A DNA stretch of 26,235 nt from a virus (lineage: Duplodnaviria > Caudoviricetes): positions 1 to 26,235 of the IMG/VR virus record IMGVR_UViG_3300023256_001487; one strand, given 5' to 3'. Position numbers and translations under genes: made by a program. This document shows positions 15,984 through 24,133 of the stretch, piece by piece; position 1 is the stretch's first letter; every line of letters begins with the position of its first letter. Below the pieces are notes generated by a model that saw nothing but the letters and a program-made list of their open reading frames with translations, did not search any database and was not told the DNA's origin.

Positions 15984-17145
15984 TTGAGAAACCTCCTTTT
16001 AGTCTTAATTTCTCCTTAAAATAAGTGTTAGCAGCTTTCCAGTATTTTTCGTTTTTTACTATGTTTCTACCACACTTTCCACATAAAAGGGCTAAGTTAT
16101 TTGCACTATTTTTCATTACAATCATTGGTTTATTACAACAACTAACAATTGTAGAAATGTTTTCTGCTTTATAGCCTTTTAATGGTACTGCTGGGATGTT
16201 ATTCCCACCTTTTTTATAATATTTTATTGCTGGTTCTTTGTTATATTTGTATTCTGCTTCTTGGTCTTCTTGTGTTTCATCAGCAACATTTGTTTTATCT
16301 TGTGTTGTTTTATCTAATCCTTGCATGCTAATCATTCTCCTTGGAATTAAATCAGGGGTTATTTTGTTTTTCGGTTCTTCTGCTTGCTTGATTTTCTTCG
16401 CTTCATCTTCTTCCTGAATTAAACTGTCTCCTACGCTTGTTGAAATGTCTTCTTGAGTTGTAGGTTTTATTGGTACAATTCCAGCGTTTGGTTGTATTGT
16501 ATCTCCTTTTTGTGTCATTGGTTTTTCGTTTTTCTTAATATCTGTAACTGCATCTGGATATTGTTCTTTCTTACTCAAAAATGATTCAGCAAACTTCTCT
16601 TCACTAATATAACCAAATGCTTCTGTTTCACCTGGAATCAAAACACTTGATAATTCTAATCCTTCTTTAATGTCAGCTTCAATATAATTTCCATGTTCCA
16701 TTGTTTCTTTTTGTCTAACATCGCTTACTAAAACTTGAACACTAACATAAGGGATATCTTTTCTTTTTACTTTTCTTATAAATTTTTCTTCTGTTGGGTC
16801 AATGTCAACCTTATAAAATAAAGAATTTTTTCCATTGTCATCTGGTCTTATTTCCATATTTTCTACATGACCAATTGTATTTAGAACATCGTCATCTTTA
16901 TGACTGTTTAAAAATGGTTTTCCTTCCCACGATTTTAATGATGCAAGTCCACTTTCATGAGTGTATGCAACTTTATTTCTTGTTGGTTTTCCAAAAGTTA
17001 ATGCTTTTCCAACAAGATAAACTTTATGTGGTTTTTCATCTATTTCTCCCGTTTTAGAAGTAGTAGGAGTTTCTTCTATTTCAAAACTCTCCGATAAAAG
17101 TGAAATTTTATTAGGATTATGAATATTCTTAGATATATTAACCAC
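15973..17145 (-). CDS. Prohead protease (HK97/herpes-type fold) with C-terminal Cys4 zinc-ribbon-like motif
   Basis: TRN...YT, GKPFLNSH (His), IGHV, YVSVQ (Ser), ELSSVLIPG; C-terminal CCNKPM...LCGKCG. Confidence 0.75.
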   Translation of the reverse strand: MVNISKNIHNPNKISLLSESFEIEETPTTSKTGEIDEKPHKVYLVGKALTFGKPTRNKVAYTHESGLASLKSWEGKPFLNSHKDDDVLNTIGHVENMEIRPDDNGKNSLFYKVDIDPTEEKFIRKVKRKDIPYVSVQVLVSDVRQKETMEHGNYIEADIKEGLELSSVLIPGETEAFGYISEEKFAESFLSKKEQYPDAVTDIKKNEKPMTQKGDTIQPNAGIVPIKPTTQEDISTSVGDSLIQEEDEAKKIKQAEEPKNKITPDLIPRRMISMQGLDKTTQDKTNVADETQEDQEAEYKYNKEPAIKYYKKGGNNIPAVPLKGYKAENISTIVSCCNKPMIVMKNSANNLALLCGKCGRNIVKNEKYWKAANTYFKEKLRLKGGFSNGN

Positions 17146-17158
17146 CTTACTCTATTTG

Positions 17159-17198
17159 TATAAAATATTTTTAAAATTAGTTATATTTAAATGTAATT
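17159..17198 (-). promoter_or_regulatory. Putative archaeal-type promoter, copy 1 (upstream of protease B)
   Basis: Minus strand AATTACATTTAAATATAACTAATT contains TATA-like TTTAAATA; 24 bp identical to 17830-17853. Confidence 0.65.
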
Positions 17199-17224
17199 AT
17201 AAAAACAAACTAAATTGAACTATT

Positions 17225-17770
17225 TTAAGGTGCTACAGTCGTTGTACTGCTTGATGAAGTACTAGATGATGTACTTAATGTTGAACTGCTTGTTGAAGTA
17301 CTTGAGGTTGTTGAAGTTGTAGTAGTAGTTGTATTATCTCCATCATAATTAGAATAATAACCTATTACAGTAACACTATGTGATGTCGCACTTGTAGAAG
17401 TAAACCCTAAATCTTTATTTACAGAAATTCGTAATGGTGTAACAAGATTAATTGATATATTCCTATTAATTGCTAAATATATTGGTCCAAGAATAGTAGT
17501 AGGTGATGTAGTATCATCAACCAAAGAAAATGTTCCTGCTGTGGCTCCATTTGCAAAAATAATATCTGTTATAAATAAACTTCTTCGTGTACTTATTGCT
17601 GAAATAAGAGATGTGGCAGTTTGTGCTCCAGAATAAGTTGCAGTATAATCTACAACATTATAAGGTTCTTCACTTTTTGGACTAGGATAACCTGAAGTAT
17701 TAACTGCTAATACTTTCCTAGCATTAGATGAAAAACCATTTGTATCAATTTGAGTAGTTGCTATTCCCAT
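17225..17770 (-). CDS. Putative virion protein with beta-rich domain and C-terminal poly-Ser/Thr tail
   Basis: 31 of the 32 residues encoded by 17237-17332 are Ser/Thr; flanked by the two promoter repeats. Confidence 0.7.
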   Translation of the reverse strand: MGIATTQIDTNGFSSNARKVLAVNTSGYPSPKSEEPYNVVDYTATYSGAQTATSLISAISTRRSLFITDIIFANGATAGTFSLVDDTTSPTTILGPIYLAINRNISINLVTPLRISVNKDLGFTSTSATSHSVTVIGYYSNYDGDNTTTTTTSTTSSTSTSSSTLSTSSSTSSSSTTTVAP

Positions 17771-17814
17771 TAAATCACACTAATTTATTTGTCGCCATGT
17801 CTGGTGACTTTATC

Positions 17815-17853
17815 TATAAAATATTTTATAATTAGTTATATTTAAATGTAATT
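17815..17853 (-). promoter_or_regulatory. Putative archaeal-type promoter, copy 2 (upstream of the Ser/Thr-tail gene)
   Basis: tataaaatattttataattagttatatttaaatgtaatt, near-identical to 17159-17198. Confidence 0.65.
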
Positions 17854-18741
17854 GTTGAAATGCTCTTCTAACGTGACTTTTTGCTTAGTTTTAATGAATT
17901 CTCTGTCTTCTTTACACTTTTCTCTTACATCATTGGCTATTTTATCTAAAACATCTTTCTTACCTTTTCCTTTTTCTATTCTATCATTTATAAGTTTTTC
18001 AAGCCATTCATTCCCACCCACACAATAAGCAGCAATAAATTGGTTTCTTACAAAATCATCATAATTCCAACTATATTTTCTTTTATCAGCAAAATGATAA
18101 ACAATTGCTTCTGGGTGAATTTGTATTGGATAACCACAAGTTGCTATTTTATACATCATGTAATTTTCTCCGCCACCATAAATTCCTAGTTCTTTATTCC
18201 AATGTCCAATATTATCAAGTGTTGTTCTTTCAATCATCATACCACAAGTAGACATAACAGGAACATTATATGGTTCGGTCTTTCCCGCAGGAACGCCACA
18301 AAATGTATAATGCATTTGCTCTGGTCTTGCAGAATAAATAAGGCTTTTGGTATCAAGTAAATAGTTTATCTGCATATGTAAACTTCCAGGACAAGGCGAT
18401 TTCATCATTCTTAAAATAGAATTCTTTTTTAATATTACATGAGAATCTAAAAATAAAATTCTTTTTCCTTCAGCTATTTCTAACCCAGCGTTTTTTGCAT
18501 TCCAATGTCCTTGTTTTTTATTGTATTGAATATTTTTCAACATTCCTTTATTTCTGTAGCCTTTCTTGTTCTGTAGTAGCTGAAATATCTCTATTCCTTC
18601 TCCATTCTTTTGTGTTGACATATTGTCTATTGTAATGACTTCTCCATCAATTCCTTCCATTTCATTTAATACATTTTGTACAGTAAATAAGATTTGAGGA
18701 TACTCATTACAATATGGTATTATTACACTCAATTTCTTCAT
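17842..18741 (-). CDS. GT-A glycosyltransferase (GT2 fold) with ppGalNAc-T (GT27)-like motifs
   Basis: LSVIIPYCNE, IDNMS, AKNAG, FLDSH, GIYGGGEN...CG...HP...VYH; ATG 18741 in ATGA overlap. Confidence 0.85.
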   Translation of the reverse strand: MKKLSVIIPYCNEYPQILFTVQNVLNEMEGIDGEVITIDNMSTQKNGEGIEIFQLLQNKKGYRNKGMLKNIQYNKKQGHWNAKNAGLEIAEGKRILFLDSHVILKKNSILRMMKSPCPGSLHMQINYLLDTKSLIYSARPEQMHYTFCGVPAGKTEPYNVPVMSTCGMMIERTTLDNIGHWNKELGIYGGGENYMMYKIATCGYPIQIHPEAIVYHFADKRKYSWNYDDFVRNQFIAAYCVGGNEWLEKLINDRIEKGKGKKDVLDKIANDVREKCKEDREFIKTKQKVTLEEHFNNYI

Positions 18742-19400
18742 AAATTCCACTCCTGTTTCCACTTTCCACCTTTCATTAATTTCTTAAAACTATAACTAGA
18801 AACAAGTCCTCTATGAGCAATTTTATAAAATGGTAATGCAATAAAGTGATATTTTTTGTTAACTGCCATATTACAATATGATGACCCAGCTTTTGGATGC
18901 ACTGACCATTTTCCTAATTCTTTCAATGTATTTTTTCTAAATATTGCTCCAGCAGGACAACCTCTAGACCATAAAAGATATTCATCACAAACACCTCTAT
19001 AATTCCTTCTTACAGCATAACTTGTATCTGATTGAGCTACTGAATAACATGTTGATGCAATAAGTTTTTTATCTGGATATGTTTCTAATGCTTCTATCCC
19101 TTCTTTTAACCAATCTTTCTCAAATATTAAGTCATTATCTATAAAGGCAACATAATCTCCTTCTGCCACTTTTACTCCCTGATTCCTACCAAATCCTATT
19201 CCTTTATTTTGTTCATTGATTATATGTTTATCAATTTTTTGTGTTTTTAGAAATTCAGTTTGTTTTTTCAGTCCATTATCTACAACAATCAACTCATAAG
19301 GAATTTCAGTTGAGGTTTCAAGCGATTTAAGTGTTGTTTTTAACAATTCCAATCTCTCATCATCTTCACACCATGTAACTAATATAATTGATACTTTCAT
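18738..19400 (-). CDS. Glycosyltransferase family 2
   Basis: VSIILVTW, YELIVVDNG, N.GIG.GRNQG, FIDND. Confidence 0.88.
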   Translation of the reverse strand: MKVSIILVTWCEDDERLELLKTTLKSLETSTEIPYELIVVDNGLKKQTEFLKTQKIDKHIINEQNKGIGFGRNQGVKVAEGDYVAFIDNDLIFEKDWLKEGIEALETYPDKKLIASTCYSVAQSDTSYAVRRNYRGVCDEYLLWSRGCPAGAIFRKNTLKELGKWSVHPKAGSSYCNMAVNKKYHFIALPFYKIAHRGLVSSYSFKKLMKGGKWKQEWNL

Positions 19401-20111
19401 TTAACCACCAAACAATTTCCTAGCTAAATTTATTGCTCTTTTATGATAAACTCCACCATTTCTTCCAGTGCAGCCATTTGCAGTTCCTGTTAATTGTTCT
19501 GAATGAATTCTATACTTCATCAATACTTTTGGAACATGATAAAATAAATAATATTGTGATGCTCTAACAATAAACTCATAATCTTCACTTGCAATGAACT
19601 CTTCATTAAACAATCCAACTTTATCAAACACTTCTTTGTGAATAAGCAAATTACTCCATGTTGCAAAATAATGGTTTATAAGGCTTTTCTGTTGTGCCTT
19701 TAAATTTGTGAACACACGTTCTTTGACTGTTCTGATAGGAACACTATTTCCATTAATTTTCATCCAATTAGCATACACAATTTTTGCTTCAGGTTTCTCT
19801 TCTACAAGTTTTACTTGGTGTTCAAGTTTACTTGGAACCCACACATCATCAGATGCTAACCCTGCCCACCAATCTCCTTGCATTGTTTTGATGCCTGTAT
19901 TTAATGCTCCTGCAATTCCTTTGTTTTCTTGATTAACTAAAACAACATCTTTTAGTGTATTCAAAAATTCTATTGTTTTTTTTCTTGTAGAACCATCATT
20001 AACAACAACAACCTCAAATGGTTTGTATGTTTGATTAAAAACACTATCAATACACTCTTTCAAGTGTTTTGGGTTTGTGTTATAAACTGGAATTACTGCT
20101 GAAATCTTCAC
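19401..20111 (-). CDS. Glycosyltransferase family 2
   Basis: ISAVIPVYN, VVNDGST, NKGIAGALNTG, ASDD, SEDYEF, YRIH..Q; GTG 20111 in GTGA overlap preferred over 20141. Confidence 0.9.
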   Translation of the reverse strand: MKISAVIPVYNTNPKHLKECIDSVFNQTYKPFEVVVVNDGSTRKKTIEFLNTLKDVVLVNQENKGIAGALNTGIKTMQGDWWAGLASDDVWVPSKLEHQVKLVEEKPEAKIVYANWMKINGNSVPIRTVKERVFTNLKAQQKSLINHYFATWSNLLIHKEVFDKVGLFNEEFIASEDYEFIVRASQYYLFYHVPKVLMKYRIHSEQLTGTANGCTGRNGGVYHKRAINLARKLFGG

Positions 20112-20530
20112 CCAATCACATCCTTCCATTTTGCTATCCATTCATGCCCTTCAATTTCCCTAAAAATATGGTGATGAACATTTCCTAAAAAGATTCTATC
20201 AAATGTTTTCTCTGAAGTGAAATTCCTAAAGGAAGAACTGATAAAATCTATATTTTTTATTCCTTTTATTTCCTTTATTTCATTGCACACATCAATATCT
20301 TTTTTACTATTGTCTACACCAACTATTTCCTTGAAGTTCTTAGAGGTGTGAAATGAAAGAAATCCTTTATTACACCCAATATCTAAAAACCTTTCGCCTC
20401 TAAAAAAAGAATCAAAATGTTCATTAAGTAAATCTATCCTTTTCTTCAATACTTTTGTAGGTTCCATTCTTTCAATATTAAATGTATGAGTAGGAGGATA
20501 ATCTACATTAATTTTATTTTGTAGACCCAT
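20108..20530 (-). CDS. Class I SAM-dependent methyltransferase, apparently C-terminally truncated
   Basis: FLDIGCNKG, VGVD, FDRIFLGNVHHH, then ends at 140 aa. Confidence 0.7.
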   Translation of the reverse strand: MGLQNKINVDYPPTHTFNIERMEPTKVLKKRIDLLNEHFDSFFRGERFLDIGCNKGFLSFHTSKNFKEIVGVDNSKKDIDVCNEIKEIKGIKNIDFISSSFRNFTSEKTFDRIFLGNVHHHIFREIEGHEWIAKWKDVIG

Positions 20531-21517
20531 TTACACAAACTCCTTATGTTTTAATTCACAAGTTATTGCTTCAAGTGCAAAATTATATTCTGAATAGTAA
20601 CACTTAACACACACAGACCCATCAAAATATTTCTGCTCTTCAAATATTTTATCAATATCTTTTCCGTCGCCCATACACATACTCTTTTCATAATCCTTTC
20701 CTGGATTAGCCAATGCATATTGAGTTCCACAACAAGGATAAATTTTACCATCTGCTCCAATTACTGGTTTTAAAAGAGAGATAAGACATTTTTTTGCTCC
20801 TTTAGTTTGGTCTTTTCTTCCTTGATAAACTACAAGTTCATCGTTCTTTAGGTTTTTCTTAACTTCACTCATATCTGGGACATTCTCTAAGTCAAATAAA
20901 TCAGATACTACTCTAACATGTGTAAAATTAAATTCATTCGCACAGTCAATTATTTCTTGTAGTATGTTGTATTTTGGTTTGGATGTTAAAACATAGCTAA
21001 AAGCCCAATCAACATTTTTTCCTCTTTCAACAGCTTTACTTATTCCACTAAACCAATCAAATAAAGTCATAGACAATGGAGCCAGTTGAGTTTCCAACCA
21101 ATCTGATGATGAAAATCTAATCCAAGTAATATAATCTAAACTCGCTTGATTAAGGTTTTTTATCAATGTTCCATTTGAAACAAGACCAACTTTAATTCCA
21201 AGTTCTTTGTGCAATGCAACTATTTCGTTTATTTGTGGATGTGTTAGAGGTTCTCCTCCACCTGTAATTGTAACAGCTTTTGTCCCGCATTTCTTTGCTT
21301 TTACCATAATTTCTTTTATGTCTTCAAAAGACATTTTTAGTGTTTTAGCTCTTCCACTACAAGAACAAAATGAGCAATTAAAATTACAAATATTTGTAGG
21401 ATTTAATTGAATATGCAAAGGCATTATTTTTTTGTTCTTATCTACAGCTTTTAACCTTAGTAACTTTGCAGGAAAAACTGATGCTGCACTAAAACTTGTT
21501 TGTTTTGTATCCATCAT
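20531..21517 (-). CDS. Radical SAM protein with C-terminal SPASM/twitch-like Cys cluster
   Basis: CNFNCSFC (CxxxCxxC), ITGGGEP, SNGT; C-terminal C...IGADGKIYPCC...CVKC; ATG 21517 in ATGA overlap. Confidence 0.9.
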   Translation of the reverse strand: MMDTKQTSFSAASVFPAKLLRLKAVDKNKKIMPLHIQLNPTNICNFNCSFCSCSGRAKTLKMSFEDIKEIMVKAKKCGTKAVTITGGGEPLTHPQINEIVALHKELGIKVGLVSNGTLIKNLNQASLDYITWIRFSSSDWLETQLAPLSMTLFDWFSGISKAVERGKNVDWAFSYVLTSKPKYNILQEIIDCANEFNFTHVRVVSDLFDLENVPDMSEVKKNLKNDELVVYQGRKDQTKGAKKCLISLLKPVIGADGKIYPCCGTQYALANPGKDYEKSMCMGDGKDIDKIFEEQKYFDGSVCVKCYYSEYNFALEAITCELKHKEFV

Positions 21518-22416
21518 AACAACTCCCACTTTTTGTAATAATCATCTAAAGTCATTATTTGCTTTGAAGTGATAAATTCTCTTTCGTCTTTACATTTTTC
21601 TTTCACATCATCTCCAGTTCTATCATACCAACTTGGTCTTGATTTTACTCCTTTTTGTTTACATAGTCCATCAACAAATGAAGTGAGCCATTTGTCTCCA
21701 CCAATTGTATAAGCTGGAATCATTTGATTGCGGTAACCATCTTTTGAATTAAAAGTATATCCATAAGAGTGCTTTAAGTGATAATAATGTGTGTCTGGAT
21801 GAATGTAATGAGGATAACCACAAGTGCCATGTTTTAAGTTCATATAAGCTTCTCCACCCCATCTAGTTCCAAATTCTTTGCTCCATCCACCTAATTCATC
21901 AAATACTGATTTTGGACACATCATTCCACAAGTGGTCATGTGTGCGACTTCATAAGGTTTTGTGAATTTTTCTCCTACTTGTGCTCTTCTAAACCTAAAA
22001 ATATACTTTAATCTAGGGTAATGTTCAAATGTTCTATAATTCATTAACATTGGATGATGATAACAATGAACACCACCAATCTTCCCATCAAAATTATCTA
22101 AAAATTCTATTTGTTTTCTTAAACTATCTCTACCAACTATTACATGGGCATCAGGAAAGAATATATTTCTTCCTTTTGCTACTTCTATTCCTGCATTCTT
22201 TGCATTCCAATGTGATTTCTTTTTTCCATACTTAATGTATTTTACTCCTTTTTCTTTATTGTGCTTGAAAAACTTTTCTGTTCCATCATTAGATAAATTG
22301 TCTACAACAATTATCTCAAACTTACAATAACCTCTGAGTTCCTCTAACAAAGCCTGAATTGTATATAAGAGATGATGTTTCTCATTACAAGCCGATATTA
22401 CAACACTACAGTCCAT
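21514..22416 (-). CDS. GT-A glycosyltransferase with ppGalNAc-T (GT27)-like motifs, paralogue of 17842..18741
   Basis: VVDNLS.DGT, HWNAKNAG, PDAH, TCGMM, RWGGEAY...TCGYP..IHP...YH, RNQ.I.AY.IGG..WL. Confidence 0.85.
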   Translation of the reverse strand: MDCSVVISACNEKHHLLYTIQALLEELRGYCKFEIIVVDNLSNDGTEKFFKHNKEKGVKYIKYGKKKSHWNAKNAGIEVAKGRNIFFPDAHVIVGRDSLRKQIEFLDNFDGKIGGVHCYHHPMLMNYRTFEHYPRLKYIFRFRRAQVGEKFTKPYEVAHMTTCGMMCPKSVFDELGGWSKEFGTRWGGEAYMNLKHGTCGYPHYIHPDTHYYHLKHSYGYTFNSKDGYRNQMIPAYTIGGDKWLTSFVDGLCKQKGVKSRPSWYDRTGDDVKEKCKDEREFITSKQIMTLDDYYKKWELL

Positions 22417-22886
22417 GTAAAACTATCCTTCCATTCAAACGGTTTTTGTTGTTGAGCAATCCATTTCCTTGCTTCTTCTGGTTGTATTTTGTTTTTGCCA
22501 GCTTGACCTAAATAAGACTTAAAGCGTTTTTTGATAAACAGTAAATGTTTTTTTTCGTAATTTGGAAAGATTAACCAATTATGGTCATCTCTTCCAACAA
22601 GAATATCTATTTCAACTGAAGGAAAATAAAGTATTCCTGCTTTGGCTATTCTAACCATTTCAGCACAAGCTTTGTTTGGGTCTTGCACATGTTCTATGAC
22701 ATGATGAGAATAAGCATAATCAAATTCTTTATCTTTAAACATACTCATGTCTTCCATTGCTGTCTTCACAAACCTATTGCTTATCTCCGGATTATTCATA
22801 ACATTTTTGTGCATGTAAATATCCGTATATACATCATATCCTGCTCTTGGGTTTGGTCCGCAACCAACGTCTATACGTCGTACCAT
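22398..22886 (-). CDS. Class I SAM-dependent methyltransferase (type 11-like)
   Basis: IDVGCG, F.DKEFDY.YSHHVIEHV.DP..AC.EM.RI; ATG 22886 in TAATG overlap. Confidence 0.85.
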   Translation of the reverse strand: MVRRIDVGCGPNPRAGYDVYTDIYMHKNVMNNPEISNRFVKTAMEDMSMFKDKEFDYAYSHHVIEHVQDPNKACAEMVRIAKAGILYFPSVEIDILVGRDDHNWLIFPNYEKKHLLFIKKRFKSYLGQAGKNKIQPEEARKWIAQQQKPFEWKDSFTWTVVL

Positions 22887-23326
22887 TAACAAAACCTACC
22901 TTTTTCATCTCTATTATCTAAATGTTCTTCAATAAAATGATATCCTGTACTATCAAAAAGTTTTAGGTTTTCTATAGAATTATTTAAACGATTACCATCT
23001 TTGTGATGAACAACCTCATTTTTAGTTAAAACTCTACCAATCTTTTTTTCCATTATTAGTCTATGCTCACAAACATATCCATGTTGTGTAGAATTTGGAT
23101 GTTTTGGACGCCAGATATATTTATAACCATCATTTATCAAAAATCCCCCTTTCCAATTTTTATTAAGATTACCACTTCTATTTTTACTCATATTTTCTTT
23201 TGTGGTTTCTGAATGATGTTTTCCTGTCATACCACCAATTCGTTTCTTTCCTAACATGCCTCTTGGATTTTGATGAATTTTTCCACATTTTCTACATGGT
23301 ACATCTCCATAATTATGCCCTTTCAT
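22886..23326 (-). CDS. HNH homing endonuclease with NUMOD3 motif
   Basis: GKHHSETTKENMS (NUMOD3), N.NWKGG, GYV.EHRL.ME..IGR.L...EVVHHKDGNRLNN.IENL. Confidence 0.9.
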   Translation of the reverse strand: MKGHNYGDVPCRKCGKIHQNPRGMLGKKRIGGMTGKHHSETTKENMSKNRSGNLNKNWKGGFLINDGYKYIWRPKHPNSTQHGYVCEHRLIMEKKIGRVLTKNEVVHHKDGNRLNNSIENLKLFDSTGYHFIEEHLDNRDEKGRFC

Positions 23327-24129
23327 TTCTTCACCTCTTCATTTACTTCATCAATTACTTCAATAAATTTCTTGAATGTTCCATTTCCTTCTATTGAACT
23401 GATGAAAGCTTTTATGTCTTTAGGCAAACACTCTCCACCGTAAGCTGTTCCAATGTGCCATGGATGAGGTCCAAAGTATTTAGATTTGTGTGTTTCTTTT
23501 AATACCAAATCATAATCAACTCCGTGTAATTTTGTACATCTTTTCATAGAATTCCAAAAGGAAACATTACATGACAACCAAATATTATGAATGTACTTGA
23601 GCATACAAGCAGTTGTGAGGTTTGTGAAAGTCATTTTCTCTAATTGCAAACCAAATAGTTTAGATAAAAACCATCTCTCTTCTTGCAACCATATCTTATT
23701 TCCACTCTTTCCAAAAACACAACAAGTTTGATTGAACACTCCACCAATTGGATTTTGTGCTTCTAAGAATTCTGGATAGAAATAAAACCCTTGGTTGTCA
23801 TCTTTATATTTTTTCTCTAGTTTTACTATCTCTACTGGTAATACAGTTGATTTGATTATTATGTTTTTTATTTGCCAAGAGTTATTTATTTCCTCTAGTA
23901 CATTTGACAAAATAGACAAGTCTTGTTTACCTTTTATAGTAGGAGTAGGAACAGCTATTATTGCTACATCAGGTTCATTATCTTCTGAAGGAAAATTAAA
24001 TCCATATCCTTCTGCTTCTTTTCTTGTTTTATCGTTTGCAGTTAAAACACAAACGTTATGCCCTAATTCTTTTAAGAATAGAGCATACGCTTTGCCTACA
24101 AACCCAAAACCGACACACAATACATCCAT
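23323..24129 (-). CDS. UDP-glucose/GDP-mannose dehydrogenase family protein (short form)
   Basis: GFGFVG, AVPTP, IKSTV, PEFL, K...N, catalytic YGGECLPKD; ATG 24129 preferred. Confidence 0.88.
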   Translation of the reverse strand: MDVLCVGFGFVGKAYALFLKELGHNVCVLTANDKTRKEAEGYGFNFPSEDNEPDVAIIAVPTPTIKGKQDLSILSNVLEEINNSWQIKNIIIKSTVLPVEIVKLEKKYKDDNQGFYFYPEFLEAQNPIGGVFNQTCCVFGKSGNKIWLQEERWFLSKLFGLQLEKMTFTNLTTACMLKYIHNIWLSCNVSFWNSMKRCTKLHGVDYDLVLKETHKSKYFGPHPWHIGTAYGGECLPKDIKAFISSIEGNGTFKKFIEVIDEVNEEVKK

Positions 24130-24133
24130 GTAA

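Noticed and set aside
17791-17808. Short imperfect palindrome gtcgcca-tgtc-tggtgac in a 5' leader
   Set aside because: Only 7 bp with a mismatch on the coding strand and a single occurrence; could be chance.
9533-23326. Introns or inteins hosting the three endonuclease ORFs
   Set aside because: Flanking genes appear complete, spacers are too short for ribozyme structure, and no intein terminal motifs were seen.
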